Part shown: piece by piece, positions 10,684-20,138 of the stretch
How the letters are laid out: every line of letters starts with the position of its first letter
Position numbering within the stretch: position 1 is the first letter of the stretch
IMG/VR virus record: IMGVR_UViG_3300022752_000053
Direction: 5' to 3' (one strand)
Length of the DNA stretch: 64,000 nt
DNA from: an uncultured virus (IMG/VR IMGVR_UViG_3300022752_000053)
Taxonomy: Duplodnaviria; Heunggongvirae; Uroviricota; Caudoviricetes
Translations under genes and position numbers: made by a program
The notes under the pieces: model-generated
The model's database searches: none
Told to the model about the DNA's origin: nothing
The model's input: the letters and a program-made list of their open reading frames with translations, nothing else

Positions 10684-10922
10684 AAGTTCCAAATTGGCAA
10701 CATCACTCCCGTAAGGAGCAGAAACGCCATCTCAAACCACAAGCACTGAGGCAAGCAAAGAAACGGTTGGCCCAGTTCAAAAAGCGGCACATGAACCTCC
10801 CTAACCAGGAGGTTTCGTCGTATTATGGGTACATACGAAACAAAACCGATGGCAGTCAATCACGAAATCAAATCTCAACTTGCTCGCCTGCTTGCTACAG
10901 AAGACTTGGTAGTAGAACATAA
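10680..10922 (+). CDS. Small basic hypothetical protein
   Basis: Overlaps the gp46 stop (ATGA); its C-terminal part overlaps a promoter and the next gene. Confidence 0.5.
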   Translation: MKVPNWQHHSRKEQKRHLKPQALRQAKKRLAQFKKRHMNLPNQEVSSYYGYIRNKTDGSQSRNQISTCSPACYRRLGSRT

Positions 10923-13017
10923 AAAGGTTGAGACTGCCTGCTTCAACGTTCATACACGGGTGCTTACGCTACCTCTGTGGGAGAAAGCAAGCAACACCGT
11001 ATATGACTTGCTGGTGGGGCACGAGGTGGGCCATGCTCTCTTCACTCCTGATGAAGATTGGAGCGAGAATACTAAAGTTCCTCAACAGTTTATCAATGTG
11101 GTTGAAGATGCCCGAATTGAAAAATTGATGAAGCGTAAATATGGTGGACTTGCAAAGACATTCTATAATGGATATAAAGAACTGAATGATGAAGATTTCT
11201 TTCAGTTAGAGGATGAGGATATTTCTTCTTTCAATCTTGCCGATAAGGCAAATCTATTCTTTAAGATTGGTAACTTTCTTCCTTTAGATTTTTCCCCAGA
11301 AGAAAGTAAAATTGTTAGTCTGATTGGTGAGTGTGAATCATTTGATGATGCTCTTAATGCTGCAGAAAAACTTTATGAGTATTGCAAGAAAGAGCAGCAG
11401 CAACAGCAGAAAGTTGCCGATTTTGATTCTCACGGGCAAGAAGAAGGTAATAAATCTTCTGGTAATCAAGTACAAGAATCACAAGAAGATTCGGAAGAAT
11501 CTGAAGAGGGTAAATCCGATCAAGTGCAACCAGAAGAATCTGGCAGTTATGGTGGAACGGCTAAGGGAGAAGAAGTAAGTGTGGATAAATCAGAAGAACC
11601 TAAAGTTCGCACTGCAGATGCTCTTCGTGAAAAGATTGAAAATCTTGTGAACTATGATGCAAGTGAAAATACTTATGTAGAAATTCCTAAAGTCAATTTG
11701 GAAACTATAATCGGAAATAATTCTGAGATACATCAATACATTGATGAAAGTTTTACTTCTCAACAAGAAGGATTTGATGAAGTTTCAAAAGAAAATAATC
11801 TTGAATCTTATGATATATTTGAAGAAGTAGATAAATTATTTAAAGAATTTAAGAATTCTGCACAGAAAGAAGTCAACTATCTGGTAAAGGAATTTGAATG
11901 TCGTAAGGCAGCAGATAGTTATGCTCGTGCTTCTACTGCTCGCACCGGTGTTTTAGATACTGCTCGTCTTCATACCTATAAGTATAATGAAGACTTGTTT
12001 AAGAAAGTCAGTGTAATTCCTGATGGTAAAAATCACGGTTTGATTTTTATTCTGGATTGGAGTGGATCTATGCAAACAGTTCTTCAGGATACTTGCAAGC
12101 AACTGTTTAATCTTATTTGGTTCTGTAAGAAGGTTAATATTCCCTTTGAGGTTTATGCCTTTACAAATGAATGGCGCCGCCCCCAATATGATGCAAAAAC
12201 TGGAAGAATTTCACACGATTATCCTAAACATTATGAAATAAAGGAGGGATTGTTTTGTGTTTCTGAAGATTTTTCTTTGATGAATCTTTTTACAAGTAAG
12301 ACAAATACTAAAACTCTGGAACATCAGATGTTGAATATTTGGAGACTTGCTACTTGCTTCAGTAACACATATTCCTGTAAGTTTACTTATCCTCATCGTT
12401 TGTGTCTGTCTGGCACTCCTTTGAATGAAAGCTTGGTTGCTCTGCATCAAATTCTTCCAAAGTTTCAGAGAGACAATAAACTTCAAAAAGTTCAGTGTGT
12501 AATTTTGACTGATGGGGAAGCAAATCACATTCCTTATCATTATGAAGTAAAGCGTGGTACTGAACCTTATATGGGATTGCGTGGAATTTATCCTTCTTGC
12601 ACTTTTCTTCGGGATCGTAAAACCGGAAACACCTATAAATTTGGATGTGAGTACTATGAATTTTCAAATACTCTTTTGAAGAATTTGAAAGATAATTTTC
12701 CAACAGTGAATTTTATTGGCATTCGTGTTCTTGCAAATCGGGATGCGGCTCGTTTTATTGGAATTTATTACAAGCAAGCAACTAATGAATATGATAAAAT
12801 TATGACAGATTGGAGAAAGCAAAGGAGTTTCAATATCTCAACCTCTGCATATGATGCATACTTTGGACTTTCTGCTTCTGCTCTTTCTCAAGAGGCAGAA
12901 TTTGAGGTTGCCGAAGATGCCACCAAATTGCAAATTAAGAATGCCTTTGCAAAATCTTTGAAGACTAAGAAATTAAATAAGAAAGTTTTGGGAGAGTTTA
13001 TGGAACTTGTTGTCTAA
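10849..13017 (+). CDS. Metallopeptidase-like + vWA domain protein (CobT-like partner of the AAA ATPase)
   Basis: HEVGH and NVVEDARIE at the N-terminus, acidic linker, MIDAS DWSGSM...GTPL...LTDGEA. Confidence 0.85.
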   Translation: MAVNHEIKSQLARLLATEDLVVEHKKVETACFNVHTRVLTLPLWEKASNTVYDLLVGHEVGHALFTPDEDWSENTKVPQQFINVVEDARIEKLMKRKYGGLAKTFYNGYKELNDEDFFQLEDEDISSFNLADKANLFFKIGNFLPLDFSPEESKIVSLIGECESFDDALNAAEKLYEYCKKEQQQQQKVADFDSHGQEEGNKSSGNQVQESQEDSEESEEGKSDQVQPEESGSYGGTAKGEEVSVDKSEEPKVRTADALREKIENLVNYDASENTYVEIPKVNLETIIGNNSEIHQYIDESFTSQQEGFDEVSKENNLESYDIFEEVDKLFKEFKNSAQKEVNYLVKEFECRKAADSYARASTARTGVLDTARLHTYKYNEDLFKKVSVIPDGKNHGLIFILDWSGSMQTVLQDTCKQLFNLIWFCKKVNIPFEVYAFTNEWRRPQYDAKTGRISHDYPKHYEIKEGLFCVSEDFSLMNLFTSKTNTKTLEHQMLNIWRLATCFSNTYSCKFTYPHRLCLSGTPLNESLVALHQILPKFQRDNKLQKVQCVILTDGEANHIPYHYEVKRGTEPYMGLRGIYPSCTFLRDRKTGNTYKFGCEYYEFSNTLLKNLKDNFPTVNFIGIRVLANRDAARFIGIYYKQATNEYDKIMTDWRKQRSFNISTSAYDAYFGLSASALSQEAEFEVAEDATKLQIKNAFAKSLKTKKLNKKVLGEFMELVV

Positions 13018-13041
13018 TAAATAACTAAAAAGTTTATAAAA

Positions 13042-13554
13042 ATGAAGACTTTCCAGCAATTTGTGGTAGAATGTAATTCTATTCAGGAAACCTCCTTGAA
13101 TAGAATTAAGTCAAAATCTGACAAAGGTGGAATGGCAATTATGTCTGCTCAAAGAGGAGACAAATCGGGTAAGGAAAATAAAGCAAGATCTAAACAACTT
13201 GAAAAGGATATTAGAGGTGCTGGATTACCAGGACCTACTAAAGTCTCTGGAAGATATACAGAAAATCCAGGAACCTCCCAGGAGAAAAAAGTAGGAGAGA
13301 AATCTCACGTTGTTTCTTCTGGTAAAATGGGTAAGAGAAAGTTCAAGAAAGCAATTACAAAACTTGGAGCAAAGTATAATCAAGACTCCGTTCTTGTACA
13401 GAAAAAACCTGGCGGTTCAGCGCAATTCACAGGAACTTCTAAAACATCTTGGCCTGGAAAGGGTAAGAATGTTAAAGTTGGTAAAATGAACCCTGGTAAA
13501 ACAGGAGAATTTGATACTAAAGTTAAAAACAAAACATTTACATATGGTGATTGA
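13042..13554 (+). CDS. Putative SAM lyase (T3 SAMase-like) with capsid-targeting-like N-terminus
   Basis: SAQR..ENKAR..GRYTE..GEKS..QDSVLV parallels T3 SAMase motifs as recalled; starts MKTFQQFVVE; late promoter at 13017. Confidence 0.6.
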   Translation: MKTFQQFVVECNSIQETSLNRIKSKSDKGGMAIMSAQRGDKSGKENKARSKQLEKDIRGAGLPGPTKVSGRYTENPGTSQEKKVGEKSHVVSSGKMGKRKFKKAITKLGAKYNQDSVLVQKKPGGSAQFTGTSKTSWPGKGKNVKVGKMNPGKTGEFDTKVKNKTFTYGD

Positions 13555-13556
13555 TT

Positions 13557-13706
13557 ATGAAAAAAACTAATAATATTGATAAACTTTTGAACATTGATTA
13601 CAACAATAAAATTATCACTCAAAAAAGAGAATTAAATCCACCATCATTTAATGCTCGTTTTAGAAATGAGGTTAGAGAAAAGTATCCTGACTATGAATTG
13701 AAATAG
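13557..13706 (+). CDS. Small hypothetical protein (49 aa)
   Basis: MKKTNNIDKLL...PDYELK fills the gap after the previous stop; below the ORF-track cutoff. Confidence 0.4.
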   Translation: MKKTNNIDKLLNIDYNNKIITQKRELNPPSFNARFRNEVREKYPDYELK

Positions 13707-13789
13707 TGCCACTTGATTAACTGGCACAGGGGGCGTTTTTCACCCCCTTTTTTCGTCTATAATGACTATGTTGAAACAAACCACTCGTT

Positions 13790-14890
13790 ATGCCTCGCAC
13801 CAAAATGACTCCCGATTATATTGCTTCTTCTCTCAAATCACTTTACGGCACAAAAATTACTGCTGCTGATGTGCGTGGGTGGTGTTCTAGTAATGGTAGC
13901 TCTTATCAAACGGTCACTAAAAATCTTGATAAATATAAGACTTCTCGCGGCCGCTGGAATCTTGAAGTGACGCAAGAAAAAGTGCAAGAGATCGAACGTA
14001 GTTATACTTCCCCCGCTGCTCTTCCTGCTGTGGAACAAAATCTTATTCCTGATAAAGATGATACCTTCGTCAAGTTTGGCAACTTTAACGATATTAAGAA
14101 AATTATACAGTCCCGTCTTTTTTATCCAGCGTTTATTACGGGTCTTTCGGGTAATGGTAAAACGTTCAGTGTGGAGCAAGCTTGCTCTCAACTTGGTCGT
14201 GAGTTAATACGTGTAAATGTTACAATTGAAACCGATGAAGATGATCTTATTGGCGGCTTCCGCCTTGTTAATGGTGAAACCGTCTGGCACAATGGCCCAG
14301 TCATTGAAGCCCTTCAACGAGGTGCTGTATTGTTACTTGACGAAATCGATCTTGCCAGTAACAAAATTCTCTGTTTACAATCTGTCTTGGAAGGAAAAGG
14401 AGTTTTTCTTAAAAAAATTGGAAAATTCGTTAAACCAGCAAGTGGATTCAACATCATCGCAACTGCCAATACTAAAGGCAAAGGTTCGGACGACGGTAGG
14501 TTTATTGGAACTAACGTGCTCAACGAAGCATTTCTAGAGCGTTTTCCTGTAACCTTTGAGCAGTCCTATCCTTCTCCAACAGTGGAGCAAAAGATTCTTG
14601 AGGGTATTGCTCTAGATCTTGGTGTAGAAGATCGTGAATTCTGCAAGCGTCTTGTTGATTGGGGTGATATTATTCGTAAGACTTTTTATGATGGTGGTAT
14701 TGAGGAAATCATTTCCACCCGCCGCCTAGTTCATATCATTCGTGCCTATTCAGTATTTGGTGATAAGGCAAAGGCAATTCAAGTTTGCGTAAATCGTTTT
14801 GACGACGAAACTAAGCAAGCATTTATTGAATTGTATGATAAGGTTGATGTTGATTTTCAACTTCCAGTTGACACTGATACTTCCAACTGA
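13790..14890 (+). CDS. cobS: MoxR/CobS-like AAA+ ATPase
   Basis: Walker A GLSGNGKT, Walker B LLLDEID, ATANTKG, AFLERF, ISTRRL. Confidence 0.9.
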   Translation: MPRTKMTPDYIASSLKSLYGTKITAADVRGWCSSNGSSYQTVTKNLDKYKTSRGRWNLEVTQEKVQEIERSYTSPAALPAVEQNLIPDKDDTFVKFGNFNDIKKIIQSRLFYPAFITGLSGNGKTFSVEQACSQLGRELIRVNVTIETDEDDLIGGFRLVNGETVWHNGPVIEALQRGAVLLLDEIDLASNKILCLQSVLEGKGVFLKKIGKFVKPASGFNIIATANTKGKGSDDGRFIGTNVLNEAFLERFPVTFEQSYPSPTVEQKILEGIALDLGVEDREFCKRLVDWGDIIRKTFYDGGIEEIISTRRLVHIIRAYSVFGDKAKAIQVCVNRFDDETKQAFIELYDKVDVDFQLPVDTDTSN

Positions 14891-14944
14891 TATAATATGG
14901 GGAGGTAAATGTGCCTCCTTTTTTGTTCTTTATTTTGAAATTTT

Positions 14945-15454
14945 ATGTCTGAAATTCCTGAAAAAAATTATAATGTTAGTTTTGTTGATTCCGGTCTTCC
15001 AGGTGCAGATGCCTGGGCAAGTCAATGGGATGATGATCAAAGAACTCTCGCATTGACAAGCATTACAGCTCCTATGGGTCAAGATAATATATCCTTTTCG
15101 TATCCATATACATCCAATTCAACTACAGTATTAAAACAATCTATGAATCAAGAACACTTTTGGAAGTTTGGTGAAGGTGAAACTCTGAAGGCAGTGAATG
15201 ATTATATTGTAAGTACATATAATGCACACTATGCATCTGAAAAGTCTAAGGTTCAAGTGCTGGATATGATTGATGCAATTGGTGATGGTATTCCTTTCTG
15301 TCGTGATAATCTTATCAAGTATTCTTCCCGTTTCGGTAAGAAGGATGGAATGTCCAAACTTGACGCATTGAAGATTATTCACTATGGTGTTCTTCTGTAT
15401 CACTTTGCCGGATTTAATAATGAAACTGCGAAATCAAACTATGAAACTTTCTGA
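14945..15454 (+). CDS. Hypothetical protein (DUF3310-like C-terminal domain)
   Basis: TYNAHY..FCRDNLIKYSSRFGKKDG..DALKIIHY; start uncertain. Confidence 0.6.
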   Translation: MSEIPEKNYNVSFVDSGLPGADAWASQWDDDQRTLALTSITAPMGQDNISFSYPYTSNSTTVLKQSMNQEHFWKFGEGETLKAVNDYIVSTYNAHYASEKSKVQVLDMIDAIGDGIPFCRDNLIKYSSRFGKKDGMSKLDALKIIHYGVLLYHFAGFNNETAKSNYETF

Positions 15455-16106
15455 TAAGACTCTCACATTACTAAAGAATTTCTCTGGGATTAATCAATCT
15501 ATTCTATTCAAGGAAGGTAATAAACTTCGCACCATTTCGGTGATGAAGAATATTCTTGCCGAGGCAACTATTGCCGAAGAGTTTCCTAAAGATTTTGGTA
15601 TCTATGATCTGAATCAATTTCTTAATGGACTTAATCTACATCAGCAAGCTGAGTTAGATTTTGAGAATAATGGTTATGTGATGATTCGTGAAGGTAAGAT
15701 GCGGTCTAAGTATTTCTTTGCGGATCCCAGTGTAATTGTAACTCCTCCTGATAAGGAAATCTCTCTTCCCAGTGAAGATGTTTGCTTTGAGTTGAGTACT
15801 CAGCAAATGGATAAGTTTCTTAAGGCAGCAGCAATCTATCAACTTCCCGATCTTTCTGCTGTTGGTGAGGCAGGTGTGATAAAACTGCTGGTTCGTGATA
15901 AGAAGAATGATACGTCAAATGATTTTTCTATTGTAGTTGGTGAGACTGATGACACCTTTACCTTTAACTTTAAGGTAGAGAATATCAAGATTCTTCCTGG
16001 CAGTTACGAGGTGGTTGTGTCACAAAAACTTTTGTCACGATTCACGAGCACTGACCGAGATTTGAAGTATTATATTGCTCTAGAACCTGATTCTACCTTT
16101 GGTTAA
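15441..16106 (+). CDS. gp45: Sliding clamp gp45
   Basis: MKLSDKTLTLLKNFSGINQSI, FGIYDLNQFL, YYIALEPDS. Confidence 0.96.
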   Translation: MKLSDKTLTLLKNFSGINQSILFKEGNKLRTISVMKNILAEATIAEEFPKDFGIYDLNQFLNGLNLHQQAELDFENNGYVMIREGKMRSKYFFADPSVIVTPPDKEISLPSEDVCFELSTQQMDKFLKAAAIYQLPDLSAVGEAGVIKLLVRDKKNDTSNDFSIVVGETDDTFTFNFKVENIKILPGSYEVVVSQKLLSRFTSTDRDLKYYIALEPDSTFG

Positions 16107-16633
16107 TGAATATCTTTGTAACTGATGTGTCCCCCAGTAAGTCTGCTCAAGTACTTCCTGATAAGCACGTCGTGAAAATGCCCCTGGAGACCTGTCAGAT
16201 GGTCTCCATCATATATTCTAAGTGGTACTATGACTGGGGCACAATTAATAAAGCAGATGGCACTCCTTACATTACAGTAAAGGGTGCCTTTCGTAATCAT
16301 CCCTGCACTAAATGGACTGCAGATAATCACTACAATCTTGCCTGGTTGATTACACACGGAATACATTTATGCTTTGAGTACGAATATCGGTATCAAAAAC
16401 GACACTCTTGTTTGAGTACTTTAGAAGAAGCAATGGTAATCTTTCATAACAATGCTAAGATTTCTATTTCTGAGCATACTAATGTAAAAGAATTCACTCG
16501 GGCAATGCCTGATGAATATAAACTTGATGATAGTATTGATACCTTCACTGCTTATAAGATGTATGTTGCATCTAAACCCTGGGTGTGCGATAATTATCTT
16601 CGCCGTCCAGAACGGAAACCTGATTGGATTTGA
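16106..16633 (+). CDS. Pyrimidine-dimer DNA glycosylase / endonuclease V-like protein
   Basis: MNIF..LPDKHVVKMPLETCQM, HPCTKW, EYEYRYQKRH. Confidence 0.7.
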   Translation: MNIFVTDVSPSKSAQVLPDKHVVKMPLETCQMVSIIYSKWYYDWGTINKADGTPYITVKGAFRNHPCTKWTADNHYNLAWLITHGIHLCFEYEYRYQKRHSCLSTLEEAMVIFHNNAKISISEHTNVKEFTRAMPDEYKLDDSIDTFTAYKMYVASKPWVCDNYLRRPERKPDWI

Positions 16634-16635
16634 TT

Positions 16636-17580
16636 ATGCGTGATGAATTTCTATGGGTTGAAAAGTATCGCCCGAAGATTATTGAAGATTGTATTTTACC
16701 TGCCACAACCAAGAAGACATTTCAGGACTTTGTAAATAACGGAGAGATGCCAAATCTTCTTCTTGCTGGTCCTGCTGGTTGTGGAAAGACTACGGTAGCA
16801 AAGGCATTATGTAATGAATTGGGAGTAGATTTTTATGTCATCAATGGATCCGACGAAGGTAGATTCCTTGATACTGTCAGAAACAATGCGAAGAACTTCG
16901 CTTCGACCGTCTCACTTTCGTCAACTGCTAAACACAAAGTTATCATCATTGATGAGGCAGACAACACAACCAGCGATGTTCAACTCCTCTTACGGGCGTC
17001 TATTGAGGAATTTAGCAACAACTGCCGATTCATCTTCACCTGTAACTACAAAAACAAAATCATTGAACCGCTTCACTCCCGTTGTGCCGTTGTGGAGTTT
17101 GCAATTAAAGGAAAAGAAAAGCCTCAACTTGCGGGAGAATTCTTCAAGCGACTTCAAACAATTCTCGTTCACGAGCAAATCGAATTCGATGCAAAAGTCG
17201 TTGCAGAACTCATCAACAAGCACTTCCCAGACTGGAGAAGAATTCTTAACGAATGTCAAAGGTATTCGGTGGGAGGCAAAATTGACGCAGCAATTCTGGC
17301 ATCTTTTTCAGACGTTTCAGTAAATGATCTAATTAAGTATCTTAAGGAGAAAAACTTTGCAGAAGTTCGTAAGTGGGTTGTTTCCAATTTGGATAACGAT
17401 TCTAGTGTTATTCTCCGTAGAGTCTATGATTCACTTTACGACTCTTTGGTGCCCTCCACTATTCCTGCTGCTGTACTTATTATTGCTAAGTATCAGTATC
17501 AAATTGCATTTGTAGCAGATCAGGAAATTAATCTTCTTGCGGCACTAACTGAAATTATGTGTGAATGCGAGTTTAAATGA
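16636..17580 (+). CDS. gp44: Clamp loader large subunit gp44
   Basis: LWVEKYRP, GPAGCGKTT, IIIDEAD, PLHSRC. Confidence 0.96.
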   Translation: MRDEFLWVEKYRPKIIEDCILPATTKKTFQDFVNNGEMPNLLLAGPAGCGKTTVAKALCNELGVDFYVINGSDEGRFLDTVRNNAKNFASTVSLSSTAKHKVIIIDEADNTTSDVQLLLRASIEEFSNNCRFIFTCNYKNKIIEPLHSRCAVVEFAIKGKEKPQLAGEFFKRLQTILVHEQIEFDAKVVAELINKHFPDWRRILNECQRYSVGGKIDAAILASFSDVSVNDLIKYLKEKNFAEVRKWVVSNLDNDSSVILRRVYDSLYDSLVPSTIPAAVLIIAKYQYQIAFVADQEINLLAALTEIMCECEFK

Positions 17581-17771
17581 AATTTAATTATCAAGATCTT
17601 AAAGAGGGTAGTGTTAAAACTACTCCCCAAAATGTTGAGGAAGCAAATCAAAATTTGTTTCGGTCTAAGTGGAATCTTCCGAAGGCAGCAAGGCATTGTG
17701 GAATGACTAATAAGGAAATGAAACTTACATTTTTTGAATATCTAAAATACAATAAACCCGATTATGAGTAA
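17577..17771 (+). CDS. Hypothetical protein
   Basis: 64-aa ORF overlapping both neighbours. Confidence 0.6.
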   Translation: MKFNYQDLKEGSVKTTPQNVEEANQNLFRSKWNLPKAARHCGMTNKEMKLTFFEYLKYNKPDYE

Positions 17772-18639
17772 ACTAAAAACTCCCTTACGTTATCCTGGTG
17801 GAAAAAGTAGAGCTGTCGTCAAGATGCAACAATACTTTCCCGATATGAGAGATTATGATGAATTTCGTGAACCATTTCTAGGTGGTGGATCTGTTGCTAT
17901 TGATGTAACTCAACTTTATCCTAACCTAAGTATTTGGGTAAATGATCTTTATGAACCATTAGTTAATTTTTGGAAAATCCTTCAAAGTGAGGGAGAAAGA
18001 CTTTCTGAAAATCTTCTTATCATAAAACAGAAATATAATACTCCAGATAGAGCAAAGGTTGTATTCTTGGAGTCAAAAGAATATCTTACTCATAAAAAAT
18101 CGTCAAGTTCTAATTTTAATTTTGATCGAGCACTATCTTTTTATATTGTAAATAAATGCTCCTTTAGTGGTCTTACTGAAGCATCAAGTTTTTCCCCACA
18201 AGCATCTGATAATAATTTTACAGAAAGAAGTATTGGTCTTCTTCCAGAATACTCAAAAATAATTGAAAAATGGAGAATTACAAATCTTTCTTATGAAGAG
18301 TTAGTTTCTGATAATCATAGTGGTGCCTTTGTTTACTTGGATCCACCTTATGATATTAAGGATAATCTATATGGTAGAAAGGGTGAGATGCATAAAAAGT
18401 TTGATCATGATAAGTTTGCTGAAGTTTGTAATACCACAAATATGAATATGATGGTGAGTTATAATTCAGATCAACTTGTAAAGGATCGTTTTTCCGGAAA
18501 AGACTGGAAAGCATATGAGTTTGATTTAACTTATACTATGCGATCCGTTGGTGATTATATGAAAGAGCAACAAGAAAGAAAGGAATTATTACTACTAAAT
18601 TATGACTTACGAACTGAAGGACTGGTTGAACTCTATTAA
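17764..18639 (+). CDS. dam: DNA adenine methyltransferase (Dam family)
   Basis: LRYPGGKS, EPFLGGGSV, YLDPPY. Confidence 0.93.
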   Translation: MSKLKTPLRYPGGKSRAVVKMQQYFPDMRDYDEFREPFLGGGSVAIDVTQLYPNLSIWVNDLYEPLVNFWKILQSEGERLSENLLIIKQKYNTPDRAKVVFLESKEYLTHKKSSSSNFNFDRALSFYIVNKCSFSGLTEASSFSPQASDNNFTERSIGLLPEYSKIIEKWRITNLSYEELVSDNHSGAFVYLDPPYDIKDNLYGRKGEMHKKFDHDKFAEVCNTTNMNMMVSYNSDQLVKDRFSGKDWKAYEFDLTYTMRSVGDYMKEQQERKELLLLNYDLRTEGLVELY

Positions 18640-18985
18640 TTTCACCAAAGAAAATCTGATGGAAGATCCGTCAGTAAAAAAAGATTACGCACCTTATATT
18701 ATCAATCGTTGTTTGTCTGGACATATTGATTGTGTTTTATTTGCTAATGAAATGAATCTTAATCATTCTTTAGACAAAGATATGCAATATTCATTTTATC
18801 TAAATACTCTAAGGAAAAGGAAGAGATTTTCTCCCTGGCTCCGAAAGGATAAGGTCACAGATTTGGAATGTATAAAAAGTTACTATGGTTATAGTAATGA
18901 AAAAGCATCACAAGCTCTGAAAATTTTATCAAAAGATCAAATTAACTTTATTAAACAACGACTTGATATTGGAGGAAAACGATGA
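18602..18985 (+). CDS. gp62: Clamp loader small subunit gp62
   Basis: YAPYIINRCLS, RKRFSPW, YYGYSNEKA; directly upstream of regA. Confidence 0.92.
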   Translation: MTYELKDWLNSINFTKENLMEDPSVKKDYAPYIINRCLSGHIDCVLFANEMNLNHSLDKDMQYSFYLNTLRKRKRFSPWLRKDKVTDLECIKSYYGYSNEKASQALKILSKDQINFIKQRLDIGGKR

Positions 18986-19422
18986 CTTCTACTACAGTAG
19001 AACCAGTAGTAAAATGGTCACCCGATCAAATGGTGGAAATTGCTTTAAGTGAACCTGATGATTTTTTAAAGGTTCGTGAGACTTTAACTCGTATTGGAGT
19101 GGCATCTCGTAAGGAGAAAAAACTCTACCAATCTTGCCATATTCTACATAAGCAAGGTAGATATTATATTGTTCACTTTAAGGAATTGTTTGCCCTCGAT
19201 GGTAAACATGCAAATCTAACTGTGAATGATATTCAACGTAGAAATCGTATTGCAAGACTTCTTGTTGATTGGGGATTGATTGAAGTTAATAAACCAGAAT
19301 CAATTACTGACATCGCTCCTCTAAATCAAATTAAAGTAATTGCATATAAAGAAAAGAGTGAGTGGACCTTAGAAACCAAATATAATATTGGTAGAAAAGG
19401 TAAGGACCAGGAAACCGAATAA
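18982..19422 (+). CDS. regA: Translational repressor RegA
   Basis: DDFLKVRETLTRIG, LYQSCHILHKQGRYYIVHFKELF. Confidence 0.97.
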   Translation: MTSTTVEPVVKWSPDQMVEIALSEPDDFLKVRETLTRIGVASRKEKKLYQSCHILHKQGRYYIVHFKELFALDGKHANLTVNDIQRRNRIARLLVDWGLIEVNKPESITDIAPLNQIKVIAYKEKSEWTLETKYNIGRKGKDQETE

Positions 19423-19428
19423 AAATGG

Positions 19429-19454
19429 GCGGGAAACAACATCCCGCTTTTTTT
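19429..19454 (+). terminator. Intrinsic terminator after regA
   Basis: GCGGGA-loop-TCCCGC followed by a T-run. Confidence 0.75.
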
Positions 19455-19525
19455 ATGATCTCTTATAATTAGTAGTGGATGCCGAAAGGATCCAATCACT
19501 ACTAAGACGCTCATGGAGGTCTATT

Positions 19526-19972
19526 ATGTTCGGAACAAATGCACTTACACTTTCAGTACCAGAAACTGCAAAGTATTTGTTAGATATTCAAAAAAACAGT
19601 ATTGGAATGGATGAATGGTTTAAGAGGTTTGATACTACGTTTGAGACGCACACAAACTATCCACCATATAATCTTGTGAAAGAAGATAGTATTACTTTTA
19701 GATTGGAAATTGCTCTTGCTGGATTCAAGAGAGATGAAATTGAAGTTACTACTGAATGGAATAAACTTTTAGTAGAGGCAAAAAAATCTGATGATGTAGA
19801 TGAAGAATATTTACATCAGGGACTTGCCAAGAGAGCATTTACTCGCACCTGGACTTTATCTGATGATGTGGAAGTTAAGGATGTTGCTTTTGTTGATGGA
19901 TTACTCACTATCAAACTAAATAGAGTTATTCCAGAACATCAGAAGAAGAAGGTTTATGAAATCTTTCAGTAA
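19526..19972 (+). CDS. hsp20: Small heat-shock protein Hsp20
   Basis: NYPPYNL, LEIALAGF, AKRAFTRTWTL, DGLLTI; GGAGG RBS. Confidence 0.94.
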   Translation: MFGTNALTLSVPETAKYLLDIQKNSIGMDEWFKRFDTTFETHTNYPPYNLVKEDSITFRLEIALAGFKRDEIEVTTEWNKLLVEAKKSDDVDEEYLHQGLAKRAFTRTWTLSDDVEVKDVAFVDGLLTIKLNRVIPEHQKKKVYEIFQ

Positions 19973-20138
19973 ATTTGTATGCGAAGCAAATTTGATTTCA
20001 TATCCAATGGCCAAACCCCACAAGGCAGACCAGAGGTGGATTAAGGGTGGTAAGGCACTGCCCAAACGCTCTGGGTCCAGCGCAGGAGGTCCTGCAGGCG
20101 ATTCTGGTGGAGGATCTGGCGGCGGGTCTGATACATAA
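19956..20138 (+). CDS. Small Gly/Ser-rich protein with capsid-targeting-like N-terminus
   Basis: Starts MKSFSKFVCEA; possible late promoter CTAAATA at 19916. Confidence 0.55.
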   Translation: MKSFSKFVCEANLISYPMAKPHKADQRWIKGGKALPKRSGSSAGGPAGDSGGGSGGGSDT

